Part shown: piece by piece, positions 41,126 through 54,095 of the stretch
How the letters are laid out: the number at the start of each line of letters is the position of its first letter
Position numbering within the stretch: the stretch's first letter is position 1
Assembly (NCBI GenBank): GCA_034436215.1
Contig: DAOTVU010000069.1
Location: 15,918-79,917, forward strand
Length of the DNA stretch: 64,000 nucleotides
Source of the DNA: Dehalococcoidia bacterium
Lineage (GTDB): Bacteria; Chloroflexota; Dehalococcoidia; GIF9; UBA5629
Direction: 5' to 3'
Program-made: the position numbers and the translations under genes
Notes under the pieces: model-generated
What the model was told of the DNA's origin: nothing
Databases searched by the model: none
Seen by the model: only the letters and a program-made list of their open reading frames with translations

Positions 41126-41239
41126 ATGAAAGTAAGAGCTTCAGTAAAAAAGCGTTGTGAAAAGTGTAAGATAATCAGGCGCCGTGGCGTTGTGAGGGTT
41201 ATATGCAGTAATCCCAAACATAAACAACGTCAGGGATAG
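41126..41239 (+). CDS. rpmJ: 50S ribosomal protein L36 (zinc-binding form)
   Basis: [37 protein letters not shown]. Below the ORF-track length cutoff. Confidence 0.93.
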   Translation: MKVRASVKKRCEKCKIIRRRGVVRVICSNPKHKQRQG

Positions 41240-41258
41240 TCGCAGGAGTAAAATTAGT

Positions 41259-41648
41259 ATGGCACGTATTGCTGGTGTAGATATTCCGAGGGAGAAACGG
41301 GTATTCTTTTCCCTTCAGTATATTCACGGAATTGGCCCAACTTCTGCCCGAAAGATACTGACAGAATTGAAAATCGATCCGTACAAGAAAGTTAAGGATC
41401 TAACGGATGAAGAAGTTTCGCGGATTCGAGAAAAAATAGATAAAGAGTATGTTGTTGAGGGTGAACTGCGCAAAGAAGTCACCATGAATATAAAAAGATT
41501 GATAGAAATAGGTTGCCGCCGCGGCATCAGGCATAAGCGTAATTTGCCTGTAAGGGGGCAGCGAACTCGGACTAATGCGCGTACCAAGCGCGGTGCTAAG
41601 AAGACCGTTGCCGGACGCGGACAGAAGCGTGGTGCAACCAAGAAATAA
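41259..41648 (+). CDS. rpsM: 30S ribosomal protein S13
   Basis: Sequence identity to S13. Confidence 0.95.
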   Translation: MARIAGVDIPREKRVFFSLQYIHGIGPTSARKILTELKIDPYKKVKDLTDEEVSRIREKIDKEYVVEGELRKEVTMNIKRLIEIGCRRGIRHKRNLPVRGQRTRTNARTKRGAKKTVAGRGQKRGATKK

Positions 41649-41656
41649 AGGAGTAA

Positions 41657-42058
41657 ATGGCCAATATGCCACAGAAAAAGAGGACCAGAACTAAAAGGAG
41701 AGAGCGCAAGCAGATTTATGAGGGCAAAGCTTATATAACCTCGACTTTTAATAATACTATTATTACCCTGACCGATAATAAAGGGAATGTCATAGCCTGG
41801 GGTAGTTCAGGGACTGCCGGATTTAAAGGATCACGCAAAGGCACTCCTTATGCTGCACAGATGGCAGCTCAGGCAGCTTCAGCTAAGGCTAAGGATCACG
41901 GACTAAAGCAGGTAGAGGTCTTTGTCAGGGGTCCGGGCAGCGGTCGCGAAGCAGCTATACGGTCTATTCAGGCTTCGGGCATAACTGTGACCGGCATCCG
42001 AGATGTCACCCCTGTTCCGCACAATGGATGCAGGCCTAGAAAACGAAGAAGAGTGTAA
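41657..42058 (+). CDS. rpsK: 30S ribosomal protein S11
   Basis: Sequence identity to S11. Confidence 0.93.
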   Translation: MANMPQKKRTRTKRRERKQIYEGKAYITSTFNNTIITLTDNKGNVIAWGSSGTAGFKGSRKGTPYAAQMAAQAASAKAKDHGLKQVEVFVRGPGSGREAAIRSIQASGITVTGIRDVTPVPHNGCRPRKRRRV

Positions 42059-42060
42059 AC

Positions 42061-42693
42061 ATGGCAAGATATATTGAAGCTTACTGCCGTATATGCCGTC
42101 GTAATGGCACTAAATTAATGCTTAAGGGGGAGCGTTGCTTTACTGAGAAGTGTGCCATGGAGCGTCGCAGCGGTCCTCCGGGTGTACATGGTGCCAGTAA
42201 AAGGAGGGCCAAGCAGTCTGAGCGTGGAATACAGCTAATGGAAAAGCAGAAAGCCAAGTATACATATGGCATGTTTGAGAGGCAATTCCGGCGATTTTTT
42301 AATGAAGCCGCTAGGATGCCGGGAATAACCGGGGAAAATCTCCTGATACTTCTCGAGCGAAGATTGGACAATGTTGTTTTTCGTCTCGGATTTGCGGATT
42401 CCCGATCGCAAGCGCGACAGCTTGTACGTCACGGCCATATCAAACTTAACGGACGAAAAACTAATATCCCATCGTGCCTGGTTAAAGCTGGCGATATTGT
42501 GGAATGGCGCAAAGAAAGCACAAAGACTGAATATTATAAGACGCTGATAGAAAAGATCGAGGATAAAGATATACCCGAATGGTTAGAGCTGGATAAAAAC
42601 ACCCTGCTGGGGAGAGTTCTAAGGCTGCCGGCAGGGGAGGAAATAAGGACCAACTTTGATGAAAAAGCAATCGTGGAATGGTATTCACGTTAG
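42061..42693 (+). CDS. rpsD: 30S ribosomal protein S4 (zinc-finger form, CxxC...CxxC)
   Basis: MARYIEAYCRICRRNGTKLMLKGERCFTEKC. Confidence 0.95.
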   Translation: MARYIEAYCRICRRNGTKLMLKGERCFTEKCAMERRSGPPGVHGASKRRAKQSERGIQLMEKQKAKYTYGMFERQFRRFFNEAARMPGITGENLLILLERRLDNVVFRLGFADSRSQARQLVRHGHIKLNGRKTNIPSCLVKAGDIVEWRKESTKTEYYKTLIEKIEDKDIPEWLELDKNTLLGRVLRLPAGEEIRTNFDEKAIVEWYSR

Positions 42694-42701
42694 GAGGATT
42701 T

Positions 42702-43730
42702 TTGGTTCAATTATCTTTACCAAAAATTGAGTGTGCTGAATTCAGCCAGAATTATGGCAGATTTATAGCGGAACCTGTTGAAAAGGGTTTTGGCGTTATA
42801 ATTGGCAATAGCCTCAGGCGAGTATTACTATCTTCTTTACCGGGTGCTGCAGTGACCTCCGTTCTGATCGAAGGGGTAACTCAGGAGTTCAGCACTATCC
42901 CGTATATGAAGGAGGACGTCATAGATTTACTCCTCAATATCCGTGATATAAGGATAAGGCGACTTTCCAGCACAGCGGAGAGCGGCAGAATGGTCCTGAA
43001 TGCCCGTGGTAGAGTAGAGGTCCGCGCCGGGGATATAAAGGTGCTAAACGCTACCGATTTTGAGATAGTTAATCCGGATCATTATCTGGCCACTCTTGAT
43101 TCAAGTGAAGCTAAACTCGATATGGAATTCACTGTCAAGGTAGGGAAAGGCTATCAGGCTGCAGCAAGCGGAGATAATGTGGGAATTGTGGTAACAAGCA
43201 GTGGTACCAGCAAAGAGATAACGGTTGATGCCATATTTTCTCCTGTTACAAGGGCTAATTTCCGTGTAGAAAGCAGTGGACCCGGTCAGGGTGCTGGAAA
43301 AGAGAAGCTCATACTCGAAGTATGGACTGATAGTACTATCGATCCGATCGAAGCGGTAAGCCAGAGTTCTACTATTTTAATTCAGCAGTTTGAAATATTC
43401 ACCGAGATTGCCAAAGCTATTGCCGAAAAAGAAGAGGCTGAGACACGCCAGAAGGCGATACCACTTGATATCTATAATCAGCCTCTGGAAAAACTAAGTC
43501 TTTCAACACATACATATAACAGTTTACGGAGGGGTGGCATAACCACTACAGGCCAGATTCTGGAAAAGGGTTTAGACGGCTTGATGTCTTTAGGCGGCTT
43601 CGGAGCTAAATCGAGAGAAGAGGTTGAAGCAGCATTGATACAACTGGGAATTATGCCTTCCGTAGTTAGCGAAAAAGATAAAAAGAGGAAGAGCCGCAGC
43701 AAGAATACAGACTCTGAGGATAATGCATAA
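42702..43730 (+). CDS. rpoA: DNA-directed RNA polymerase subunit alpha
   Basis: A TTG start follows the strong [41 protein letters not shown] aligns to the RpoA N-terminus. The ORF-track ATG at 42678 is possible but lacks an RBS. Confidence 0.88.
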   Translation: MVQLSLPKIECAEFSQNYGRFIAEPVEKGFGVIIGNSLRRVLLSSLPGAAVTSVLIEGVTQEFSTIPYMKEDVIDLLLNIRDIRIRRLSSTAESGRMVLNARGRVEVRAGDIKVLNATDFEIVNPDHYLATLDSSEAKLDMEFTVKVGKGYQAAASGDNVGIVVTSSGTSKEITVDAIFSPVTRANFRVESSGPGQGAGKEKLILEVWTDSTIDPIEAVSQSSTILIQQFEIFTEIAKAIAEKEEAETRQKAIPLDIYNQPLEKLSLSTHTYNSLRRGGITTTGQILEKGLDGLMSLGGFGAKSREEVEAALIQLGIMPSVVSEKDKKRKSRSKNTDSEDNA

Positions 43731-44083
43731 TGAGACACAAATTATCTGGAAGAAAGCTGGGCAGGCCGGCTGCACAAAGATGGTTGTTGTACCGCAATCT
43801 GGTTACCGATCTGCTTAACTATGAGAGGATAACCACAACTTTAGCCAAAGCAAAAGAAACTAGAAGCCTGGCGGAAAAGATGATTACACTGGGCAAAGAG
43901 GGCAGTCTGGCATCACGGCGCAGGGCGCTGGCGTTTATTTTCGATGAAAAAGTCGTCGAAAAGGTTTTCAGCACCTATGCCAGCAGATATAAATCCCGCA
44001 CGGGCGGTTACACCAGAATACTGAAAATCGGTACCCGAGAAGGTGATCGAGCACCGATGGCATTAATCGAAATGGTGGAGTAG
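43730..44083 (+). CDS. rplQ: 50S ribosomal protein L17
   Basis: Sequence identity to L17. Confidence 0.93.
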   Translation: MRHKLSGRKLGRPAAQRWLLYRNLVTDLLNYERITTTLAKAKETRSLAEKMITLGKEGSLASRRRALAFIFDEKVVEKVFSTYASRYKSRTGGYTRILKIGTREGDRAPMALIEMVE

Positions 44084-44098
44084 ATTTCACTTAGTCAG

Positions 44099-44890
44099 GT
44101 GGAGCACCTTAATAATTTAATACGGATTGTCCTGGTAATCGAGTATAATGGCCGGCGTTATTGCGGATTTCAATGGCAAAGTAATCAGCCTACTATTCAG
44201 AATGAGCTGGAAGAGGCTATTTTAAAGCTAACCGGTCAGAGGAGTCGCGTTGTTGCTGCCTGCAGAACGGATAGCGGAGTCCATGCTCTGGGGCAGGTGG
44301 TAAGCTTTCGTACAGATTCGAAATTGCCCAATTCTGCCTTTGTTGAAGGACTGAATTATTACTTACCCGATGATATTGCCGTAAAAAAAGCCGGGCGAGT
44401 TTCTCTCAATTTCAATGTGATGAAGAATGCGGTTAGACGGGAATATATTTATAAAATCTTGAATAGACGAGCCAGGTCTCCGTTTTTTAACGACTATTTT
44501 TTTCAAGTATCGGCCAAACTCGATTGGAATAATATGGATCGGGCCTGTAAGTTACTTATTGGAGAGCATGATTTTGCCTCATTTGTAACAGACTGGACAA
44601 GAACGGGGAGTACCGTGCGACATGTTTATGAAGCGAAAGTAGAAAAGGAAGGCGATATAGTGACTTTTTATATAGCGGCAAACTCTTTTTTAACGCATCA
44701 GGTGCGGAATATCGTCGGCACATTGATAAGGGTTGGCATGGGAAAATTGACTGAAGATGATTTTGAAAACATTTTAGAGTCGAAAAAAATCAGCCTTGCC
44801 GGACCAACGGCTCCGGCGCACGGGCTTTACCTTAAAAGAGTAGTTTATCCAGATAATTCGGAGTTTAAATATGAAAACATACATAGCTAA
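44099..44890 (+). CDS. truA: tRNA pseudouridine(38-40) synthase TruA
   Basis: [15 protein letters not shown] and the catalytic Asp region RTDSGVHA. The exact start is uncertain; the GTG at 44099 is taken from the ORF track. Confidence 0.85.
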   Translation: MEHLNNLIRIVLVIEYNGRRYCGFQWQSNQPTIQNELEEAILKLTGQRSRVVAACRTDSGVHALGQVVSFRTDSKLPNSAFVEGLNYYLPDDIAVKKAGRVSLNFNVMKNAVRREYIYKILNRRARSPFFNDYFFQVSAKLDWNNMDRACKLLIGEHDFASFVTDWTRTGSTVRHVYEAKVEKEGDIVTFYIAANSFLTHQVRNIVGTLIRVGMGKLTEDDFENILESKKISLAGPTAPAHGLYLKRVVYPDNSEFKYENIHS

Positions 44891-45320
44891 ACCCAATGAA
44901 ATTGAGAGGAAATGGCATGTCCTGGATGCTGATGGCCAAACACTGGGTCGTCTCTCTGTACGGATTGCTAAATTGCTTATGGGTAAGCATAAAGCGATAT
45001 TCGTAAATAATATAGATACGGGCGACTATGTGGTGGTCATAAATGCTGCCCGGATACGGGTTACGGGTAAAAAGGCCAGGGAGAAAATGTACTATAGGTA
45101 TTCCGGGTATCCCGGTGGACTGAGATCGATTACCCTTGGGGAGATGCTTAAAAAATATCCTGAAAGGGTGATAGAGCATGCTGTTAAAGGGATGTTGCCC
45201 AAGAATAGACTGGGTAGAGCAATGTACAGGAAACTTCGGGTTTATGCCGGTCCGGAGCATCCTCATACGGCACAGGTGGCCGATATACAAATATCTGACA
45301 AGGGGAACTCTGACAAATGA
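44871..45320 (+). CDS. rplM: 50S ribosomal protein L13
   Basis: Sequence identity to L13. Confidence 0.95.
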   Translation: MKTYIAKPNEIERKWHVLDADGQTLGRLSVRIAKLLMGKHKAIFVNNIDTGDYVVVINAARIRVTGKKAREKMYYRYSGYPGGLRSITLGEMLKKYPERVIEHAVKGMLPKNRLGRAMYRKLRVYAGPEHPHTAQVADIQISDKGNSDK

Positions 45321-45712
45321 ATACTGTAACATATAGCCGAGGAACAGGAAGGAGAAAATGTGCGATAGCTCAGGTTAAGCTGAGTTCCGGTAACGGTTCT
45401 ATTGTGGTGAATGGTAAACCATACCAGGAAGTGTTTACCCAGATTAACCACAGACTGATGATAGAACAGCCGTTTGTGGTTACCGATACAGTGGGTAAAT
45501 ATAATGCGGAGGTAAAGACCACAGGTGGTGGAATATCAGGGCAGGCAGGTGCTATAAGTCACGGTATAGCCAGAGCACTTGTAGCTCTAAATGAGAGTTT
45601 CAAAACCCCGCTGCGACAGCATGGGCTATTGACACGGGACCCGAGGGTGAAAGAGCGTAAGAAATACGGTCTGAAACGGGCGCGCAAGGCACCTCAATAT
45701 ACCAAGCGTTAA
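45317..45712 (+). CDS. rpsI: 30S ribosomal protein S9
   Basis: Sequence identity to S9. Confidence 0.95.
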   Translation: MNTVTYSRGTGRRKCAIAQVKLSSGNGSIVVNGKPYQEVFTQINHRLMIEQPFVVTDTVGKYNAEVKTTGGGISGQAGAISHGIARALVALNESFKTPLRQHGLLTRDPRVKERKKYGLKRARKAPQYTKR

Positions 45713-45726
45713 AATGGATTCATTAC

Positions 45727-45760
45727 AAAAACCCGCCTGCAATCTTGAAGGCGGGTTTTT
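45727..45760. terminator. Bidirectional rho-independent terminator: AAAAACCCGCC, loop, GGCGGGTTTTT
   Basis: An 8-bp GC-rich stem flanked by an A-tract on one side and a T-tract on the other. It lies between convergent rpsI (+) and pgi (-). Confidence 0.85.
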
Positions 45761-45810
45761 GCTTATAAAGGTATTTTATATAAATGAAATTTATCTTGAG
45801 TTTCTTATAT

Positions 45811-46875
45811 TCATCTTATTTCCGAAAGGCGCTTTTTTAGAAGGTCGATCTCGGGCACCGGACTGGGGTCGATGCCATACAGTATGGACAGGTAATAACT
45901 TACCCAATCCCCCAGCAATACCAAGCTCATCACATGTTTAATCGGGTTTGTTCCGCCGCTATCGATATACTGATAGGGTATATTTTTGCGATCAAGCAAT
46001 TCAGCAGTTATTTCATAGCGGATAAGGGTACGATGGTGAAGAGAAGGACACCGTAGGAGAATTATAAAAATTTTATCCCGTATATCGTCGGGGTAGCTGT
46101 ATCCCAGAACTGCATTGTGATTTAATTCAGGTAGTATTTCAAAAAAAGCCCAGGATTTGCTGTTCTCGTTTATCTGAGTTTTCCAGCGACGGGCTACGTC
46201 GGCAAGAATTCCTGCACCATATATAACAGCGATTTTCCCGTAAAGTGTCAGAGAAAGCTTCTTGGCTTGGTTTTTTGCCGTTGGCGATGTATCACTCCAT
46301 CGATCTTCCAGTTTTTCTAAGGTTGCAATCATGCTCTCCACCTCTCTGGTTTTATTTCTTACCAACCGGAGATTTTGCATAAAAGCCAGCATTGGTAGCA
46401 CACTGTAGCCCAGTGCTGCTCTGGGTGGAGAAACCTGATCTATAATAAAGGCAGGTATATCGTTCTGTCTTGCCATCTCTATAAGTCTGCCACCAGTAGT
46501 GATAACCAGTTTTTTGCACGGTTTTTTTAATGACTGTCCGAAAACAGAAAGTGTTTCTTCTGTGTTGCCTGAGTAACTCGAAGCTACTACCAGAGTTTTT
46601 TCATCTACGAATTCGGGCAAATCATATTCACGATGGGTGTATATGAGGATTCCTGGCGTTGAGCCAATTACGGCTTTAAGCAGATCTCCTCCGATAGCCG
46701 AGCCCCCCATGCCTACTATCACAATCTTATTAATATCTGAATACGATTCAGGAAGAGAGAATTTCAAGCCACTACGCCAGGCACGCCGGCACTGGTCCGG
46801 CAGCTCTTTTATTAACGTGCGCATGCCGGATTTATCGATGGACGCATAGATAGATTGATCGTCGAGGTTAACCAT
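45811..46875 (-). CDS. Bifunctional phosphoglucose/phosphomannose isomerase (archaeal-type SIS-domain PGI/PMI)
   Basis: The start MVNLDDQSIYASIDKSGMRTLIKELPDQ lies 2 nt after the pgm stop, and there are two SIS-like halves. The ORF-track extension to 46995 overlaps pgm and is rejected. Confidence 0.75.
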   Translation of the reverse strand: MVNLDDQSIYASIDKSGMRTLIKELPDQCRRAWRSGLKFSLPESYSDINKIVIVGMGGSAIGGDLLKAVIGSTPGILIYTHREYDLPEFVDEKTLVVASSYSGNTEETLSVFGQSLKKPCKKLVITTGGRLIEMARQNDIPAFIIDQVSPPRAALGYSVLPMLAFMQNLRLVRNKTREVESMIATLEKLEDRWSDTSPTAKNQAKKLSLTLYGKIAVIYGAGILADVARRWKTQINENSKSWAFFEILPELNHNAVLGYSYPDDIRDKIFIILLRCPSLHHRTLIRYEITAELLDRKNIPYQYIDSGGTNPIKHVMSLVLLGDWVSYYLSILYGIDPSPVPEIDLLKKRLSEIR

Positions 46876-46877
46876 GA

Positions 46878-48302
46878 TTATATCCCTGCAAGATCCTGAC
46901 CGAATTGGAGCAGATTTTGCACTTCTTCCTGGCTTTGGCTCTCGGCATAAATGCGCATCAGCGGCTCCGTTCCCGAAAACCTTATAAGCAGCCATGATCC
47001 ATCATCCAGTTTGTAGCGGTACCCATCGCGCCTGTCTATTTTGATAACCCTGTGTCGTGCAACGGATGACAATTCGGATTCTGATAGTTTGGAAAGCGCG
47101 ATTTGTCTGGTCTTGTTATCCAGGTGGACATCCATCCTGTCATAATAATGCGGTCCCACCTTTTTATACAGGTCGGCTAAAAGCTGCGTCGGTGACTTGC
47201 CTGTCTTTGTTATGTAATCGAGCAAGAATAAACCAGCCAGTATCCCGTCACGTTCCGGTAAGTGTCCTCTAAATCCGTACCCGCCGCTTTCCTCACCACC
47301 GAGAAGGGCATTTTCCTGAAGCATAATCGGTGCCACATATTTGAATCCGACTGGAGTTTCAAAAACAGGCACGTTGTATAGCTCGCCTATTTTATACAGC
47401 ATGTCGGTAGAGGTTAACGTCTTTACTAATGCGCCACGCTCTTTACGTATATCCAAAAAGTACATTGCCAGCAGTGCAAATACTTCTTGGGTATTGCGGT
47501 ACCTGCCGTTTTCATCGATAAGACCTATGCGGTCGGCATCTCCATCGGTAGCCAGACCTGCAATAGCATTGTCTCTTATAACATGGCGTGCGAGCTTGCC
47601 AAGATTCTTTGCAATCGGCTCGGGCTGTATACCCGGGAAAAGGGGATTTCGTACGCGGTTTATCTCATGGATCTGTACTTGGCCACCTTCCAGCAGGTTC
47701 TTAAAATAGCCGATCCCGGCGCCGAACATGGAATCGACTACGATCTTTAACCTTCTCTGTTTCAACTGCTCTATATTTAACAGGCTGTTTAAGTGTCGGG
47801 CATAGCTGTGAAATGGATCATGAAAGGAAACGAGTTTTTTCCGGATTGCATCTTTAAGATCAAGCCTGTTCACCCTTCCCTCTGCCACGATGTTATTGGC
47901 AGTTTTTTCTAGAACAGATGCGATCTCTGCCGGGGCGCTTGAGCCCGTCTGGACTTTATATTTAAAACCGTTGTAATTACCCGGATTATGGCTGGCTGTA
48001 ATCATAATTCCGCCATCTGCCTTTAAAGCAGTAATAGTGAAACTGGTAACGGGAGTAGGGGCCGGCTTTGATAGCAAATAAGCCTTTATTCCGTTGCCTG
48101 CCAGGACTTCAGCACAGGCTGCTGCGAAATCCTCAGATGCGTACCGCGTATCGTAACCGATAACTATCCCGCCTTTGCCCAGACCGGCCGAGTTTAGATA
48201 CTGGACTACACCCTGCGCACAGGCTCGCACATTATCAAATGTAAAATCTTCAGCGATGACAGCACGCCAACCATCGGTACCGAACTTTATCGGTGCAGAC
48301 AT
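46878..48302 (-). CDS. Phosphoglucomutase/phosphomannomutase (alpha-D-phosphohexomutase family)
   Basis: MSAPIKFGTDGWRA and the active-site TASHNPGNYNGFK. Confidence 0.9.
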   Translation of the reverse strand: MSAPIKFGTDGWRAVIAEDFTFDNVRACAQGVVQYLNSAGLGKGGIVIGYDTRYASEDFAAACAEVLAGNGIKAYLLSKPAPTPVTSFTITALKADGGIMITASHNPGNYNGFKYKVQTGSSAPAEIASVLEKTANNIVAEGRVNRLDLKDAIRKKLVSFHDPFHSYARHLNSLLNIEQLKQRRLKIVVDSMFGAGIGYFKNLLEGGQVQIHEINRVRNPLFPGIQPEPIAKNLGKLARHVIRDNAIAGLATDGDADRIGLIDENGRYRNTQEVFALLAMYFLDIRKERGALVKTLTSTDMLYKIGELYNVPVFETPVGFKYVAPIMLQENALLGGEESGGYGFRGHLPERDGILAGLFLLDYITKTGKSPTQLLADLYKKVGPHYYDRMDVHLDNKTRQIALSKLSESELSSVARHRVIKIDRRDGYRYKLDDGSWLLIRFSGTEPLMRIYAESQSQEEVQNLLQFGQDLAGI

Positions 48303-48303
48303 T

Positions 48304-49515
48304 TTAAATCCCAGCTTCAGCTCTCAAAATTTTGGCCTTGTCGGTCTTTTCCCAGGGGAATTTTACATCCGTCCTACCGAAATGACCATAAGATGCGGTC
48401 GGCCTGTAAATAGGCCTGCGCAGATCGAAATACTCTATAATAGCGGCCGGACGGAGGTCGAAATGTTTGTTGATAAGGTCAAGTATTACTTTATCCCGTA
48501 CCTTTCCCGTTCCGAATGTTTCGATAGATATCGATAAGGGATGTGCAACACCGATTGAGTAGGCAACCTGGAGCTCAAGCCTTTCGGCCAGACCGGCCGC
48601 CACGCAGTTTTTCGCAATATATCGTGCCATGTAAGTAGCCGAACGGTCAACTTTTGTCGGGTCTTTACCGGAGAATGCACCACCACCGTGACGGGCAAAA
48701 CCGCCATAGGTATCCACCAGAAGCTTGCGACCGGTGAAACCAGTATCTGAGACTGGCCCACCTACTTCGAATCTGCCGGCAGTATTAACAAAGATCTTCG
48801 TATTCTTATCCATCATACCCGAAGGGATAACAGGTTTGATAACCTTCTCAATAATATCACTTCTGATAGTATCGTTATCCGGTTCGGGATCATGGTGAGC
48901 ACCTATAACAATAGCTTCAATGCGCCTGGGCCGCCCGTAGCTATATTCCACAGTTACCTGTGATTTACCATCCGGCCGCAGGTAGGGAATGATGTTCTTC
49001 TTACGGACATACGCCAGCCGTTGTGCCAATAAATGTGCCTGAGCAATGGGTAAAGGCATAAACTCGTCCGTCTCATTGCAGGCATAGCCGAACATCATAC
49101 CCTGATCACCGGCTCCCGTTTCATCAAAACGGTCAATTCTCTTTCCTTTGATACGTGCTTCCAGCGCTTTGCTTACGCCAGCGTTTATATCCGGAGACTG
49201 CTTTTTAATTGATACCAGCGTGGCCAGGCTCTGGTAATCAAACTGATACTCTGGTCGGGTATAGCCGATATCTTTTACTACCTGCCTGACAATTTCCGGT
49301 ATCTCAACATAAGTTTTAGTTGTTATCTCTCCAAGTACAACTACCAGACCTATGGTAACTGCCGTTTCGCAGGCTACTCTCGACATCGGATCGTCTTTAA
49401 TCATGGCATCCAGTATGGCATCGGAAATCTGGTCGCAGAGTTTGTCCGGGTGCCCCTCTGTAACCGATTCCGAGGTAAAGAAGTATTTGGGTGAACGCAT
49501 GAAGCTATTTTTCAT
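48304..49515 (-). CDS. metK: S-adenosylmethionine synthetase
   Basis: [25 protein letters not shown] and the [12 protein letters not shown] motif. Confidence 0.95.
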   Translation of the reverse strand: MKNSFMRSPKYFFTSESVTEGHPDKLCDQISDAILDAMIKDDPMSRVACETAVTIGLVVVLGEITTKTYVEIPEIVRQVVKDIGYTRPEYQFDYQSLATLVSIKKQSPDINAGVSKALEARIKGKRIDRFDETGAGDQGMMFGYACNETDEFMPLPIAQAHLLAQRLAYVRKKNIIPYLRPDGKSQVTVEYSYGRPRRIEAIVIGAHHDPEPDNDTIRSDIIEKVIKPVIPSGMMDKNTKIFVNTAGRFEVGGPVSDTGFTGRKLLVDTYGGFARHGGGAFSGKDPTKVDRSATYMARYIAKNCVAAGLAERLELQVAYSIGVAHPLSISIETFGTGKVRDKVILDLINKHFDLRPAAIIEYFDLRRPIYRPTASYGHFGRTDVKFPWEKTDKAKILRAEAGI

Positions 49516-49531
49516 AACGACTCCTTGATTT

Positions 49532-52338
<2,807 letters not shown>

Positions 52339-52388
52339 GGAGAATAATTGTACCAGTTTTGTGGTCTTATGTCATAAAGTGTTGGGCT

Positions 52389-53156
52389 TCAGGGCGTAAG
52401 ATCTCCCCCTGCCAGTTTGTCAAGCCAGTCGATAGATTTAAGTTGTTTTTCAAGTATGTATTTAACGTTTTCACGCATGATGATTTTTAGTTCGCGGCTG
52501 AGTTCGGCATTGAGCTTCACGCGGCTGGCAGTGGCAAAGTCACAGTTCAGCCATAGCCGTAAAACCTTAACCGCATTGACGGATATGGTGCGTGCGCTAC
52601 TATCGGGATAGCCGCAATTTCGGCAGAGGATACCTCCCTGGGCAGGGCTGTAGTAGTTCACTTCCGGTAACAGTGTGCCGCCACAACTTGCACACTTCTG
52701 CAATTGTGGCCGATATCCCTCACGGTCCAGCAATCGCAGTTCGAAATAGCGTATGAGGCGTTCGATATCTGCCGTCGAGATAAGCTCCTGCAGTGTGTTT
52801 AAAAAAAGATGAAATAATACTTGATCTTCCACATTTTCTTCAGTAAAGCTATCCACCAGCTCCGAAAGGTAAAAGCCGTATGACATAAGTTCGAGGTTTT
52901 CACGTAGAGGTAGGAATGTGTTAATGGTCTGAGCCTGGGTGACAATATCGAGGTTGCGGCCGTGGGCCAGCATAAGGCGGCTATATGTCAGAAGCTCAAC
53001 ATTGCCGCCCAGCTTGCTTCCCGGACGCATGCTTCCTTTAGCAATAGCCTTTATTTTGCCGAAATCAGAGGTAAAGAGTACCAGCAGCCGATCTGCTTCT
53101 GCGAACTTATACCTTTTTATGATGATGGCGTCCGTTTGATAGACACGCGCAGGCAT
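52389..53156 (-). CDS. recO: DNA repair protein RecO
   Basis: N-terminal OB fold and a C4 zinc finger CASCG...CRNCG. Confidence 0.88.
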   Translation of the reverse strand: MPARVYQTDAIIIKRYKFAEADRLLVLFTSDFGKIKAIAKGSMRPGSKLGGNVELLTYSRLMLAHGRNLDIVTQAQTINTFLPLRENLELMSYGFYLSELVDSFTEENVEDQVLFHLFLNTLQELISTADIERLIRYFELRLLDREGYRPQLQKCASCGGTLLPEVNYYSPAQGGILCRNCGYPDSSARTISVNAVKVLRLWLNCDFATASRVKLNAELSRELKIIMRENVKYILEKQLKSIDWLDKLAGGDLTP

Positions 53157-53168
53157 AAGATAAGCTTA

Positions 53169-53780
53169 TTACATCTCCTGGCGGCCTTCAAGGGCACGAC
53201 TGAGTGTAACATCGTCGGCGTATTCTAGATCCCCACCGAAGGGCAGGCCGCGGGCCAGGCGGGTAATCTTAATGCCCAGAGGAGAAATCAGACGCTGAAT
53301 ATACAGAGAGGTTGCTTCGCCCTCAGCATTGGGATTGGTAGCCATTATCACTTCTACTATGTTGCCGGAGCTGAGGCGGTTAAGCAATTCTCTTATACGC
53401 AGGTCTTCAGGCTTAATACCGTCGCCCGGTGATATGACCCCGTGCAGAACGTGATAGAGGCCATGATATTTTTTAGTGCGTTCCAGCGGCATTATGTCGA
53501 TGGGTTCCTCAACCACGCAGATGCGGGTACGATCGCGTGTTTCATCGGAGCAGATAGAACATGGATCTGATTCGGTGATATTCAGACATATCGAACACAA
53601 CTTCAAATTATGCTTGATGCCAAGGATGGCTTCAGCCAGATCCTGTGTTCTTTCGGGAGGAGCCTGAAGCAGGTAATAGGCAAGACGCTGTGCTGTCTTG
53701 GGTCCTATGCCGGGCAGTTTATTAAGTTCCTCGATAAGGCGCGATATCGGTCTGGCGGAGGGCAGGAAATCAGGGTTCAC
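53169..53780 (-). CDS. recR: Recombination protein RecR
   Basis: HhH, the C4 finger CSICLN...CSICSD, and a Toprim domain. Confidence 0.93.
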   Translation of the reverse strand: MNPDFLPSARPISRLIEELNKLPGIGPKTAQRLAYYLLQAPPERTQDLAEAILGIKHNLKLCSICLNITESDPCSICSDETRDRTRICVVEEPIDIMPLERTKKYHGLYHVLHGVISPGDGIKPEDLRIRELLNRLSSGNIVEVIMATNPNAEGEATSLYIQRLISPLGIKITRLARGLPFGGDLEYADDVTLSRALEGRQEM

Positions 53781-53789
53781 GGGACCTCC

Positions 53790-54095
53790 CTACATTAAGC
53801 CGGGTATTTTCATACCACCGGTAAGCTTGCTCATGCTCTGAGCAGCCATTTCTTGTGATTTTTGAATTGCCTCATTACAGGCTGCAAGAACAAGATCCTG
53901 TAAAAATTCTACATCTTCTGGATTGACTACTTCTGGCGATATAGTGATCGACTGGAATTGCTGATGGCCGTTGATAATAATTTTAATAGCACCTCCACCG
54001 GCTGTGACCTCAACATTGGTTTTGCCCAGTTCCTCCTGGGCTTTCAGCATCTTGGCTTGAAGCTCCTGAATCTGCCGCAAATTAAACTGGCTCAT
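53790..54095 (-). CDS. ybaB: Nucleoid-associated protein YbaB/EbfC
   Basis: 101 aa; MKIPGLM... GGGA..V family signature. Confidence 0.9.
   Translation of the reverse strand: MSQFNLRQIQELQAKMLKAQEELGKTNVEVTAGGGAIKIIINGHQQFQSITISPEVVNPEDVEFLQDLVLAACNEAIQKSQEMAAQSMSKLTGGMKIPGLM

Noticed and set aside
45714-45941. 75-aa + strand ORF after rpsI
   Set aside because: It spans the bidirectional terminator hairpin and the 3' end of the pgi gene on the other strand.
46876-46995. N-terminal extension of the PGI/PMI gene to 46995
   Set aside because: It would overlap 118 nt of the phosphoglucomutase gene. The Met at 46875 sits 2 nt after the pgm stop.
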